Positions 45,535-58,813 of a stretch of 64,000 nt of DNA are shown one piece after another. This DNA is from Macrostomum lignano (Eukaryota): contig NIVC01000469.1 of assembly GCA_002269645.1 (NCBI GenBank), forward strand, positions 248,001 through 312,000, given 5' to 3'. The translations under genes were made by a program, and so were the position numbers. The notes below the pieces were generated by a model, which ran no database searches, was not told the DNA's origin, and saw only the letters and a program-made list of their open reading frames with translations. Positions within the stretch are counted from its first letter, which is position 1. Every line of letters starts with the position of its first letter.

Positions 45535-48044
45535 AATACGCAAGTTGGCCCAGCTTTCTACTGTCTTCCGTCGGCTTCACGGGGCCACGAGTGCAAGTGA
45601 ACTCCAAATGCCAATGGATATTGCGACTGGGGTGGTGCTGGTGCGTCTAGGTTTTGAGTCTAGTTACCTCAGTCAAGTATTGAGTTGAAGAAATATTTGT
45701 CCGCTTTTAATGCCAATACTAAGCGACTGTCGGCTTTATTATTAAGATATAAATATCCTTTCTCTTCTGAGTGGAAGCGAGGCGGGAAGCGTTGGCGTGC
45801 CAGTGGCGTGCAAGGAGAAGCGTTCGATTTACAATTCCTGTCCTGCTTGGTATGAGAGACAGAGAGGCTTGCTGCAGTGTATTGCGAGGAGAGGAGAGAA
45901 GAAGCACGTGATTCCGATGCGAGGGCGTTGCCTACGCAAATTATAAACCCCACCGTCTATACTGGCTATCCAGTGCAGCCCCTCCTATTTGCTAGGGGCG
46001 CTTAACCAATAGGGTGCATTCGACCTTTTTGCGAGACAGTCACATGCTTCGTGTGGGGGGCGGGCTTCTTTCCACAAGCGACAACCCCCCCCCCCGTCGT
46101 CTCGCTGGGGAGGGGGGTAAGTAAATCAATGAATGAGGGGGCGTGCGTACAACTCCAACCCCCCGTCTGGCCGACCCACAACCGCCCACCCATCCATCTA
46201 CCTCCGTACCCCCAGCCTCTGCTGTGCTGAGCCAAGACATCCAACTCCCGTTTTTTTAGTTCAAGGCCAGACAGTGGAGGTTAGAAACTCCCGTCCTCCC
46301 TGTCCCCGTCTTGGTATAGAAGAACTTTTCTTTAGCTCGCTGGCTGGCTGAGAGCCAGAGCCAAGCCAAGTATTGAAACCTTTTTGGAGGAATGAATGAA
46401 GAGAGGAAGACGGAATAAGGACGAACAAGGAACTTAAAAGAGAATGGCGGGATATAACACTTCTATAAATGAAGGGCGCGCAAATGAGTTCTTTGACTCA
46501 TTTTCCGTGGCTCGCCCAGAGGCAGAGACCGCCAAGTAAAATGAAATGCCATATTATGCATGTCATGCAACAAATGTACTTGTATATGATTAGTTCAGGA
46601 GATTCCTAGACAGACGGAGCACCCATTCTTTTGTCTTTTCTCACTAAAATTTTTGCCCAGCCCAAGTCAGCTCTAAATAAATCCTCAAAATTCTTTGTAG
46701 TCATAGAGAGAGTTAGGCAGCAACGAGAGGACTGGATTCGCATTTGCCCTGTGCACCCCTACAATTTTCTATCCTACTCTAATACCCTCCACTTCACTAC
46801 TAGCTTAGTTCCAATCCAACCCCAGGCCATTCCCGTCCTGCTGTGTCCCGGCTCTATCGATAGTTATTAAAGTTCGTCTGGCTGGGAGACAACGGAAGCC
46901 AGCAAGCATTCACTATTCACTTGGCCCCCAACTGGAACTTTCTCCCTCCCCCAACCCCCTCTCTCTCTCTCTCTCGTCCTTGCAGCTGTACTAACATAAT
47001 GCCAAATCCTTAGTCATATTGTCACTTCATGCATTGCACACAGCAAAGCAGTAAGTAGCAGCAGCTGGGTGGCATATCCCCCACGGCCCCACCCCCTCAA
47101 GCGAACTCTTGCCAAAAATCTTAGGCGCGACCAGACTAACGAATAAAATATTATGGCCACGCCGGGAACGAACTGGCAAAAGCAGATCCAACATTATGTC
47201 ACATTCAGCTATGGCTGCGATCTCTGATGCCGCAAATTCGAAATGTCCTCTTCTCTCTCCTTCTCTTTGCCAAATCCCACTGGACAGGGAATAGGAGAGA
47301 TCCTCCGATCAAGTTCTGCATAACATCCGCTGCAGGCTCCTTCTTACTCTTTCCCAAATCCCAATTCACCAAATAACTTCGTCACAATGCCCTTGCGCCA
47401 GTGTGTGCACTCGATTTTTTTTAAATGACTCCTCCCCCTAACACAAGCCTAATCCGTGGGGGTGCACCGCGGTCGGTGCGGCAGGGGTTCAAAGCCTTTC
47501 TGACAGTTGAGTCAGGCCAAGGAATACTGGTAGGGAGTGGGTAGGGGCTGCATATGTCAGATATAGACCAGCACGGGACAGACAGGCGCCGGATGGCTTA
47601 ATAAAGTTACGCTCGTACGAGTTATGCACCCAAGCTCCACAGCACTAACGTGAATAATTAACTATGAGCTTTTCAAAGCTTCATCGCTTTTGGTAGATGA
47701 GCAGCCTTGCGCGTACGGAGCAGGCGTGGGGGCCTCTGCGTCACCACCACCCCAATGAACCCTGTTCTCTCTGTTCTCTATTCTATTCAAGAAAAAAAGC
47801 AACTGGTAGTGCACTGTGCAAGGGTACATGACCTATTTAAATCGATGACAACTCTTTATCAGCAAACTCTTATCCATTACGCAGCAGTGGATCAAGGACG
47901 AGGTCAAGGTCAAGGATAAACTAAAGTTTTTAGGATTAAACTAAGGATTAAACTATCGCTAACATAGTTTAATTTTGTATTATTACATAAATCCAGGAAA
48001 GTAAACTGAGAGTGCTACAGGGGCGGCGTTCTGGGGGAAGGGTG

Positions 48045-48382
48045 CTAGAGAGGGAAAGGGACGCGAGAGGGGAAAGGGGTGTTAAAGGGGGGTGCTAGAG
48101 GGGAAAGTTGTGTTAGAGGGGGATGCTGGAGGGAAAAGGGGTACTAAAGGAGGAGGGGTTCTAGAGGGGGAGGCGTGCTAAAGGTGCTAGAGGGAGGAAG
48201 GGGTGCTAGATGGGAAAGGGTGCTGGAGGGGAAATGGGGTGCTAGAGGGGGAAGAGGTGCTAGAGGAGAAAGGGGTGCTAGAGGGGGAAAGGGGTGCTAG
48301 AGGGGTAGGAGTGCTAGAGGGGGAAAGGGGTGCTAGAGGGGAAAGGGGTGCTAGAGCGTGAAGAGTTGCTAGAGGGAAAAGA
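48045..48382. repeat. G-rich ~19-bp minisatellite (ggggtgctagagggggaaa)n
   Basis: Direct reading; G-quadruplex-prone composition. Confidence 0.85.
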
Positions 48383-49808
48383 TGAATAGAGCCTTAAGAG
48401 TTGCGTCGTGGCCAGATAACAATGATACGAGCGTACCCATAGTTAAGCAATTGAGCTTCGGTATTTAATACCAGACCAGGAAGCTATAATCCACGCATCG
48501 CTCCATAAATTGCTCTAAAAATACATCCCTTCATCCTCCACTGGTGCAGCAGCTACTGCACTGCACCCTGGCTCTTTCCCTGTTCCAGATTTTTTTAGCA
48601 GCAGCTCATGTTTTCTTTCCAAATATATCTGTCTGGCTTCACTCCTCTCTAATATTCCCCGTTTTGGCATCGCTAAGCAAACAGCCCCCTTCGCTCTCTT
48701 CACTCACACTGGGGCCCTCGGTCATCCGGGTTTTCTATAGAAACTGGGAATGCGCGATGTGGGTAAATAAACGGCGGGATGCAGCCAGAGCAGGAGCACT
48801 GAGAAAGTGCAAGAGGGGAGAGAGAAGTGACTAATAGACAGGAGAGTTAATACTGCAATAGTTGACGGAACTTGTAGAGGGCGAGGAATAAGGAATGGCA
48901 ACGAGGAAGCTTGGACTTTCCGTGGCGAGGGGGGGTATTCAAGCACGTGACATTAGGGCAGGGACTGTCCGACGCACGACTCAACTATGCTCAGATCTCC
49001 GCCAGCAGTCCGGTTGCCTAGGCAACCCAACTCAAACTCCTGCCTGTCTATACTGTAATTCTGCCAGCGAGGAAGCTGGAAATCCGCGGCCCTGCCAGAC
49101 GTCACGTGACAATGGTGAAAAGGTAAATTAATATAATTAAGACAAAGCAAAAAGAAAGTAACGGGACGAATGTACGAGAGAGGGGTTCAATTCTCGTGAA
49201 CCTCGTTTAGCCCCGGAAGTTTTGAAAACTCAATCATTGGAGAGCCACTCAGATTAATAAATGGGATTTGGCGGTAAAGGAAAACGCGGTAAAAATGAAT
49301 TAATTGAAAAAATTCAATTTCAATCTAGGGAATACGAGCTCTGAGGCAGTTTAACATTTCAATTACCCATTACTGTATGAGCATGCATTTGGTATTGAAT
49401 TTTCCCTTTTAAAATACTCAACTTACAGCGCTTTTTATTTTATTGAGCCACTCATGCCCGATTCAAGGATTAATGAATCACATCTCTAATATACACGCCA
49501 GCTATTTCAAAGCGTGAACCGCTAGGGACAATGGAGCTACGGCTAATTAAGATAAGCTCTTAATTCAATGCAGCTCCGCCCCGAATCAGAGAGCAATTCT
49601 TCTGAAAGCTCAAAGAGAGCTGTTGTTCTTCTCTTGTGCCATATGAACGAGCACTTTTAAGCAGAGTCCTCGTCCTTGTTTGTTCCCAAACATGATGATG
49701 ATCACACAGCTTGCAAGTAATTTTAAATCAGTGGTGCGATCTTATGCCCTGGCTCTATAGAAAACTGTTTATATAGAAAACTAAATATGAATTAATGGAA
49801 TAGTGAAA

Positions 49809-50328
49809 TCCACAGATACTGTATAACCTATCAGATAGGTGTATCACTCCAGCATTCGCTAATGCACTTTGGCGGCCGTCTCCAATGCCCCACCTGGGGT
49901 TAAGGCCACATACACTAGCTAATGTTGCCAATGCTTGAGAGCAGCAGAAGCTACAGTCTATGGTCTTAACTCCGGGGTTAGGGCCACAAACACTAGCTAA
50001 TGCTGCCAATGCTTGAGAGCAGCAGAAGCTACAGCCTATGGTCTTAACTCCGGGGTTAGGGCCACAAACACTAGCTAATGTTGCCAATGCTTGAGAGCAG
50101 CAGAAGCTACAGTCTATGGTCTTAACTCCGGGGTTAGGGCCACAAACACTAGCTAATGCTGCCAATGCTTGAGAGCAGCAGAAGCTACAGTCTATGGTCT
50201 TAACTCCGGGGTTAGGGCCACAAACACTAGCTAATGCTGCCAATGCTTGAGAGCAGCAGAAGCTACAGCCTATGGTCTTAACCCCGGGGTTTTCGCACTG
50301 CGGCCAGGCGAGTGAAATGGACCATCTA
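49809..50328. repeat. Repeat arm containing five 78-bp tandem units; inverted diverged partner at 51821-52032
   Basis: Unit ggggttagggccacaaacactagctaatgctgccaatgcttgagagcagcagaagctacagtctatggtcttaactcc; flanks and one unit are mirrored at 51821-52032. Confidence 0.85.
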
Positions 50329-51185
50329 GGCAATATAATTTTAGAATCTATGGTGAAATCTAGGAAATGCAAGTACGGTCATACATTTTAATATGCGTAA
50401 ATTTAGCATGGCTTCGAGGGACACAAAAGTGCCACTTATTTTCATATCGCAGCCAGTCGCAACCAGACGGGGTGGCTGCACGTCCTCGATGCCATTCAGT
50501 GCGCTAGACTACAATGAACTTCATGACCTGCGCCTAATAGGGCACTTTGGAAGTATTTGCATGCAAAATTTTGTAGCCTCCCTTCCCTCTACAGATGTAC
50601 CAAATAATTCCACTATGCGCGCCGCGTTCTACAGAAAGCAATTTTTATAGAAAATTTTCTGGTCGCTTCTTCCGCTGAAATATGCAGGAAGAAGGCAGCG
50701 CAGACAGAGACGGAGGCATGGGAAATGTTTAATGACTGGGTGGCCAGCAGATATGAAATATGAAATGCATGGCCTTGCGACATTAGCTCTACGTAGCGCC
50801 TGTCGTGGCACGAATTCCACCCCCGTGGCCTCTCCATAAAGGCGCGCAGCGGGCTTGACAATTGCAACAGCTGCATCGAGAGAAAGTTTTTTTATTGGAA
50901 GCTAAAAGCACCAGCTACGACTCGCGAGAATATACCGGTACTGAGCAAAGAAAAGTTGACAGACGGTGCAAAAGCTGGATTTCTGGGGGACAGACATAAT
51001 TTTGTGATTTAGAGTTGGCCTTAGGGCACTTTTTTGAACGGATGGAAAACTCTTAGATAAGCTCGTTGACTTTTTAAGAACAAAATTATGAAATTAATCT
51101 ATAAAAAAATTAATAAAACTTTAAACCGTCATTACATCTGCCCAAATGAGCAGATTTGCAACCATCAGCCGCAGCTATTGCTAAA

Positions 51186-51394
51186 GACTGAAGACTGAAG
51201 ACTGAAGACTGCATACTGCTGGGGGAGGGGGGGTTGCCACATACACCAGCTAATGCTGGCACCTATTTACAGCTGGATGAACTAAATCAATGCAGAGGTA
51301 AGTGTCTTGCTAAGGACACAAATTGTTGCGGTGGGATCGGGAATCGAACCCCCAACCTTCAAGTCGGGAGTCCAACGCTTTAACCACTAGGCTG
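51186..51394 (-). mobile_element. tRNA-headed SINE with CORE-like body and (CAGTCTT)n tail
   Basis: Minus strand: gcctagtggttaaagcg (A box)...ggttcgattccc (B box), then tgtgtccttagcaagacacttacctct (MIR/CORE-like) and ccagctgtaaataggt, ending in a short tandem tail. Confidence 0.75.
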
Positions 51395-54300
51395 AAATTC
51401 CTAAGTGGAATTAAGAATTGAGCTGTGGCGTAGCCAAGCGGGGTCATAAGGGGTCATGATTCTTCCCCCAGACGACCGACGACCACTAAAGTTTTAATCT
51501 TTACAATAGCCGAAAATAGGTGATAGGAACATGACATTCGCTAAATTATTATTTTAGTGACTGGGATGCCGCCTGATTATGTTAAAATGACATTGACTAT
51601 GGGTGTTGCGGCTGCAGTGCCAAAAGTACAGCCCTAGAAATGCCAGGCTAAAAAAGTACAACAAAGCAGTAAGCTGAGATGTTTTCGTGTTTTCGAAGAC
51701 AACTGCATACAAAATGTCAAGCAACGTGCGTGTTTATATGCAAGGTTTGTATATAACGCTGCAAGAATCTGCTTGCGTTCGCCCAGTCTGACTAACCCAC
51801 AGATTATATTTACTTACGAGTAGATGGGCCACTCTAGTCGCCTGGCTGCAGCGCGAAAACCCCAGGGTTTTGACCATAGACTATAGCTTCTGCTGTTCTA
51901 AAGCATTAGCAGCAGCAGCTGGTGTCTGTGGCCCTAACCCCTGGGTTTTCGGGTCTCGGGGACGGCCGCTAAATACAATAGCGAATGCTGGAGTGACACA
52001 TCTACGCTCGTAGGTAATATAGAATCTGTGGACTAACCCTTGTACCCTTGGCCTAATTGTACATGCACGTAGTCTGCCAACGTTATTCAATCATCACAGC
52101 GATGAACAATGCGACTTTGGAGACAAAGCCAAAGCAGCAACCGCGAGGGGTGACATTCGTTGCCAAAGCGCGGAAATGTATTATTCAGAAATGATTATCT
52201 GGCGAAATATGAGCTCCGTGCTCTTATTGACTTCCGTTGGTTCAATTGTATTCTTTGTTCCTGGCTTAACATGAGCCATCTTCTCCGAATGGGATGGGAT
52301 GGATCAATAGGAATGAAAAGGCAAGAAGTGGAGATGAGACAATTACAGTGGCAATAGCTATTGGAAAATAATAGTGCAAATGGGAGAGAAAGTTAGGAAA
52401 GCCTATTCTTGACTTCAATTCCATCCAAAGTCGCTGAAGTTTGTCGATACGCCTGCTAAACAATCGACAGATGCGAGCGATGACGCCCACGCAGGAATGT
52501 AGAACTATGCTTTTGCTGTGTATGGAAATTCAGTTGGCATTTTTTTACCTGCATCTTGGCTTACCGCTTCGTGTTGCATAGCGAGCAAACAGTTGCTTGC
52601 GACAGTGGTAAGGGGGCTATAGCAGCTGCCAGTTGGATATAAAGGGTTTCTAACCTGTTTTCTAAGATGACTGCATTTAGCATTCAGTGCATTTTCATTT
52701 CGAGTAGCTATACTAAATTCCACACCAATGCCTGCTGTGTTTTTACCAAATTCGCAAAGAAGTCTCTATCAAAAAATTGAACTCGTGATTCACTAGCCTT
52801 TGAACTTGAAGAAAAACAAAAAATTCCATGGGGTGCCTTAGAGCATCCGTCCAAAGTATCGGCTCTTGAGCACGAAAGCAGTCCAGATAAGGCGCCGCTT
52901 TGAGATTAAGAAAGCTTTGGAAGTAGCCAGCACTAAAGGAAAGTATTGCACTGGCATTGAAGAAACCGGTGCAAACTAGTTTTTCGAGCTGTTAGTGTCA
53001 ACATTTTGTTGATAAAAATTTCTGCCCAAACTCCAAACTTTTTGGTGCAGAATTTGGACAAAAAGTAATGGACTGATTAAGATGCGCGGGGGCGACGCTA
53101 GAACTTTATTGATACAGTTGTTCGTGCTTCGTGTTTGCCTGTCAGGGCGCGTACACAATACTCCGTGGCCTTAACAGTTTACGGGGGATTTTCTTCCCGC
53201 AGCTGCTCAAAAACGTTCAACAGACTAGTCTTTCTGTAGGCGTGCAGATCCCACCAGTGATGCTGTAGCTAATTTAATCAGGTCAGCACTGGAGCACACT
53301 AAGTTTTTTTATATTAGCGTACTCCAAATAACAAACAGAGAAACTAACAGTAGACAGCACTCAAAGCGTACCAGCTTTAGAAGCCAATAAGCGTATACGC
53401 TTATCTGCAGCGCGCTCTCTGCTTTGCAAATTGAGAATGGGCCAACTCAGGAGACAATAGAGGACAGCTATTTTGTGCAGTTGTGGCCGAGAGTCGAAAT
53501 CCATTGCATACGATTGCACCGTCTGAACTCACTAAGAAGCAGAATGTCCCACCTCTAGTCCATATACGACCACAACCCGAAGAAAGGAATTCACCCCAAT
53601 GACTGATCTCGCATTAAAAAAGCAGAGAAAGTCCAAGCTCCAAATTTATTCATTCATTTGAATGTAAAATGGACACAGCGTCCAAACAAATGAACAAGGT
53701 CACTGACCAAAGTCGTGCTGATTGAAGGGTTTGAATTCTTGCCTTGAGAAGCAGCTGTGGACCAGTCTTAAAGTTGAGTTATGGGGACAGCGACACTGTA
53801 TTCCCTGCAGGTGTACACCTTACTGGAGCGATGCTAAAGTTCACAATCAGGAATTCGATGGAGGTGTTATGAGCCAATTAATCCAGAAGTACAAGTGTTT
53901 TGAAAGTGCACCCAAATTTCATGAGTGTCTCAAGGGCCACTTTAACGCGATAAAATGTTGAGACAGTGCAGAATTAAGAAGTTAATTCAAAGGATAAGAT
54001 TCCGACTAAAATTGCCTATGGCGCCCTTCTGGCTCTCAAAGAGAGATCAAAGAGAGTTCGCCTATCGTAACTTATCTGTGAGCACGAGACTAAATTATTT
54101 TGCTGGCAAGGCATAGCAGCTGCCCCCGAGGCACAACAAGACTCACACTTCGTTGCAGAATCTAAAGCGCGTCCACTTGAGCCTTGCAGCCCCTACTCTT
54201 TAGCGTCCACCCACACAAAAGATAGTCAAGTGCAATGCGGGAGACTGCAGTAGCTGCACAATAGCATTCTGGCTGGTAGCATCTTGAGAACGGCGCCAAA

Positions 54301-55795
54301 CATTCTTATTGTAAGCGCCGAGTCGGCGATGCATTGCTGGCACATACGCTCGTATCTAAAGCCCGTTTTATACCTGCTTAGCTTTGGAGTGACCGACTTT
54401 TCCATTTGGTTGGGGCCGCGAGAAGGGTTTTGAAGTGTATATACGACGGCAGATTGAGCTAGGCTAGGTGCACACAGAGAGCCGAAAGAGGGTGACGCAG
54501 GGCTGGCTGACTGACAGCTGCTATACAAATTCACACAAAAACGCCCGCCGCTCCTGTTCACAAACCCGTTCTCTTCGCGCAAGGCTTCAAGGGGGGTTAT
54601 TCTACGCTTCGGGTTAGCGTGGCTGCTCCAAAGTGGAAGGTACATTGTAGATGTAGACGGCTGGATACGACTCTCGAGAGAAGGGGGAAGAACATAAGAC
54701 ATCATTGTTGCGGATAGTAACTAAGTAAACAAAGTGGCATGTCCTTCATGAGTACTCCAATGCTCAAAAATTACTCCAGGAGCTAAAAAATTAGAGCAGC
54801 CCTACAAACTTGTGATGATGATACCCATTTTCTGGGATTCTGTTAAGAATCAAGTAGTGTCGGTTTAGATAACGAGGACTGTAATGCTCATCATTAAAAA
54901 AATATGATAAACCATTAGCAAAAAAGCTACTGTAAGTAGTTTAATATTGAAAATTACGAGACTTTTTCACGGACAGTGAAAGCTCGTACCAAAAAGTGCC
55001 AGTTAGGAAGTTCAACAAGATTTCTAAGGATGGTGGGTCAGTAGTAAAGAAGTCAGTTCTAGGTGTTGTCAGTAATAGAAAATATCAACTCAAAGTGAAC
55101 TCAAGTTCTGTAGATGTGTGAAAGTAGCAATGATCGGAAGCGTTTGAACGCAGCATTGATGTTAGAAGGAATTGTAATATAAGCAAACAGTTGCGTAGGA
55201 AGTGTATTTGCAAACGGACGTAACTGACTGACGCCTTATAAAACCATTCCAGAGCAGATGAAAGTAATCAAAAATAACTATGATTGGTATCTATGCGAAC
55301 TGAATAATAAGAACGCAAGGCAAGTGGCGCGCCTGAAAACAGTTAGATTGATGAATTGATATCAGCACAATATACAGAACTAATCAAATCAAATGTTCAT
55401 AGCGCTACTAGAAACTGCTATTTCAGAAACAGAATGCACAGGTGAAAAAGTTGCCACCAAAGGAGGCCTGTCATCCTAGCGACATCTGAGATCGTTGGGA
55501 AACTACTGGATATTATAGGAAAAAACACATTGTACTCATAACCACTTGAATGCGTCCGCTAATCCTCCTATTAGTTTAGTATTTCAGTACCGATAGACTA
55601 CCTAAGGTATTTCAGAAGATTACTTAAGGTATTTCAGTGGATTACTTAAGATCTTTCAGTAGATCACACCAATGTTCTCAGGCAATGAGCAGGGCACTTA
55701 GGTCCCTCACGGTTCATAGAGCATGTTACTTCAGTCTACTCCCCCCCCCCGACCAATCAAATAGTAAGCAGTGCACAATGCCCTATGGGTCCAGC

Positions 55796-56268
55796 CTAGA
55801 CCCGCTTAGTGTCCAACTGCAGCTCTCTGTCCGGCGGCAGCGGAGCAAAATACTCGTCCACAGCTTCGTCCGAGACTTCTTCAACGCTGGCCGGCTGCCA
55901 GACGGGCTGTCTGCGCTCGACCAGGGCGGCGCGGACTCCTTCAACAAAGTCGTGATTAGTCATGAATCGCTGGGAAATTCGGTACTCCATTTTGAGCACG
56001 CCGGCTAGATTAAGATGCATGCCAAGGCGCAGCTGGCGCAGGGTGACGCGCAGCGAAGTTGGCGACATTTTGCGCAGAGTCTCCAGCTGAGCTGCCGCCC
56101 AGCTAGAAGGGTCCGAGCTCAGACTGGCCACCACCTGCGGCATTGTGTCGTGCCGAAAGTGCCGCTCAATGTCGGCCATGTGGCGGTTCAGGCTGAACGG
56201 CACTCGCATGTCCAGGCTGCTGCGGGCCTCGAACTGTTGCAGCAGCTCGGAGAGGCGCGACACGGTGC
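55796..56268 (-). CDS. HIBCH: 3-hydroxyisobutyryl-CoA hydrolase, last exon
   Basis: KMSPTSLRVTLRQL...MEYRISQRF..NHDFVEGVRAALV..RQPVWQPA.VEEV; ttcccag acceptor; phase 1 matches the upstream exon. Confidence 0.93.
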
Positions 56269-56338
56269 CTGGGAATCGGGAGAGAGAGGGTTCGAGTGCC
56301 CAATACTCCCAAGGTCTGATTATTCAATACATTGCTAG

Positions 56339-57118
56339 CAGTGTTGGGCACCGTTAATGAAAATCTTAACTTGCGTTAATGGCAAAAGCGTTAGCGTTAA
56401 AACAAAAAATCTTAACTTATTAACTCTTAATTTAGTTAAGTTAACTGATAATCGTTAACAAGCGTCAATCCGTTAAAGTTAACACAGAAAATACAGAAAT
56501 CTTGCACTTTTTTTTCCAAAACAGACTTCATAATGCACTGTCCTTGCTTTTCATCTTTTTAGTGAAACACAGAGGTCGTCTAAGCGATTTAGAAGCTAAA
56601 AAAGTAATATATACTAATTTTAAAAACTTGTATTCATAATACTACTAAAAGTAAGCATGCGTTAAAAGAAGTAACTTATTTATTTGAAACTTGAAAGCTA
56701 ATTAGTTAATAATAAAATACGAATAGGAAGGTGGTTTCAGTAGGATTAGCAGGCGCAGCAGAAACTACAAAAGCTTGGGAAAGAAGTGAATAAAAGCAAT
56801 CGATGCTCACGCGCAAGCAATAAAGTTCACAATTTTAAATCATTATTAAAGTTTATTAGTAATAAGTTGTTACATTTGCCATCGTCATAAACAAAGGGAT
56901 TAATTAGGCATTTAGGTAAATTCAAATACATTCATAATGTTGTTGTAACTTCTCTTCAGACTTAAATTTTTGTTCTTTCTTTGCGTCTTTGGTCATTGAC
57001 ATAGCCATTAACGTTAACGATGAATCTGTCGTTAACTCACAAAATTATTAACTCAAATTCGTTAATCCGTTAGTACAAAAAATCTTAACGCCTATTAACG
57101 GCCTGGTGCCCAACACTG
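56339..57118. mobile_element. Non-autonomous hAT element (780 bp) in HIBCH intron
   Basis: Perfect 14-bp TIR CAGTGTTGGGCACC / GGTGCCCAACACTG, perfect 8-bp TSD ATTGCTAG (56331-56338, 57119-57126), subterminal GTTAA(C) repeats. Confidence 0.93.
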
Positions 57119-57269
57119 ATTGCTAGACAACGGATCTCATCTTTTCAGGCCGTTTAATAGATCATATCGTGCACACCAAGCCTTGGAAGTAGATCCGAAG
57201 ATCCCCTCAGGCCATTCTGTGTATCCTTTCAGGTCTCTAGCATATCCCATTAGGTTTTTTAACAATTTC

Positions 57270-57445
57270 CTCAGGTCCTTGAGTAGATTTCTTAGGGTTT
57301 TGAGTAGATTTCTCAGGTCCTTGAATAGATTTCTCAGGTCCTTAAGTAGATTTTTCAGGTCCTTGAGTAGATTTCTCAGGTCCTTAAGTAGATTTCTTAG
57401 GTCCTCGAGTAGATTTCTCAAGGATTTGAGTAGATTTCAAAGGTC
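57270..57445. repeat. 21-bp minisatellite (ttgagtagatttctcaggtcc)n, decaying to ~57580
   Basis: Direct reading; produces spurious heptad ORFs. Confidence 0.9.
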
Positions 57446-58813
57446 CTAGAAAAGACTCCTCAGGGTTTTGAATAGATTCACAAGGGCCTTGAATAGACTC
57501 CTCAGGACCTTCAATAGATCCTTCAAGATATTGAATAAATCCCTTAGGTTCTTGAGTAGATCCGTCAGGGCCTTGAGTTAATCCCATCAGTTAATCCCCT
57601 CAGTTAATCCAGTACATTTCCACACAGTACACATTACATAAAACGACTCGTTGAAACCCAAATAAGATTGTTGTTTATACCCAAAAAAATCCTACAAAAA
57701 GAAAGGTCAGCAAAGAAAGACCTTATATGTTACAAAAGAATACAGTGAACTAGACTGCAATTCAGAGCAAAAAATTCTTTAAGACGCCATCTGGTTTCAA
57801 GCGTCACGAAAAGCAATTAGCCGGGTCGGCCAGCAGACAGCTAACGGGGTTGAGATTAAAACAAATTTCAACAGTTACATCCGAGGAAAAAAAGCGAACA
57901 GTGGTGATTTTTATTTTTGTGAAAATTTGCCTAAAAAGTTTTTAATCTGCAAGACTGACTACTTAGTAAGTAAAGTAACAAGAAAATTGAAGCGAAAAAA
58001 CAACTATGAGCGAGTTTCTGAACAACTCACTAGTGACCACAGAATATACACAGAATGCCGATTCGAGCATTTTTGTTTAAAAAATCGGTGCAAGAACTGA
58101 AATCACACCAGCCTACTCTTGTTGTGAAGCTTTGATAAGTAGGGCTTGAGTTTTTGCCATAGACTATTCTAAGAGCGACTTTTATTCTTTGCTTTCAAAT
58201 GAAAAATAAGTTTAGTCTGAGCTTTTCTGCGCAGCATGGCTAGAAAATCCACTGTCAACCACTTTGTTGGGCTGTCTATCGCAGACCAACAGCAACTGCG
58301 AGAACGATGGCAGCACCTTGCTGACCGAGTTTCAGGCCAAAGTAACAGCAAGTGCAAGTGCGCCCAGTCCTGGTCCGCAGGGCGATGGACCAAGTGTTGC
58401 CACTTGTGGCGTTTTTTAACGCTGGCGTTTTTTTTGGCGTTAGGCGTTTTTTTTCTCCAAATTCTCACTTTCTGGCGTTTTTTCTTGAATGGTTCATTGA
58501 TCCTTGTAATATTTTTGTACTGCACTCAAATAACAGTAATGCTAATAATAAACACTGTACAAAATACAATTTAAAGAACTCGCTTTTGCTTTCCTGCTTA
58601 GTAACATTTAGAAACCACTAAAAATACCCCACAGAATTGCCCTTGAACCCACAGAACCGCCCTCAACACCACAGAATCGCCCTCACCCAATACCATAGGT
58701 TATTATTAGCATACCTGACATTGCCATTTTAACTTAAGTATTTTCATATGCATTTCAATCATAAGCTGATTTTAAACTCCAGACAACAACAACAAAGAAT
58801 AATTTCTGTGAGC

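Noticed and set aside
49755-50372. 205-aa Cys-rich repeat ORF
   Set aside because: Arises from the 78-bp tandem unit (multiple of 3); non-ATG start and no gene context.
51332-51394. tRNA gene
   Set aside because: A and B boxes are present, but it continues into a SINE body and tail, and the acceptor stem is not evident.
54226-54705. 159-aa minus-strand ORF
   Set aside because: No recognisable domain or splice context.
57120-57449. Leucine-zipper-like heptad ORFs on both strands
   Set aside because: Artefact of the 21-bp minisatellite.
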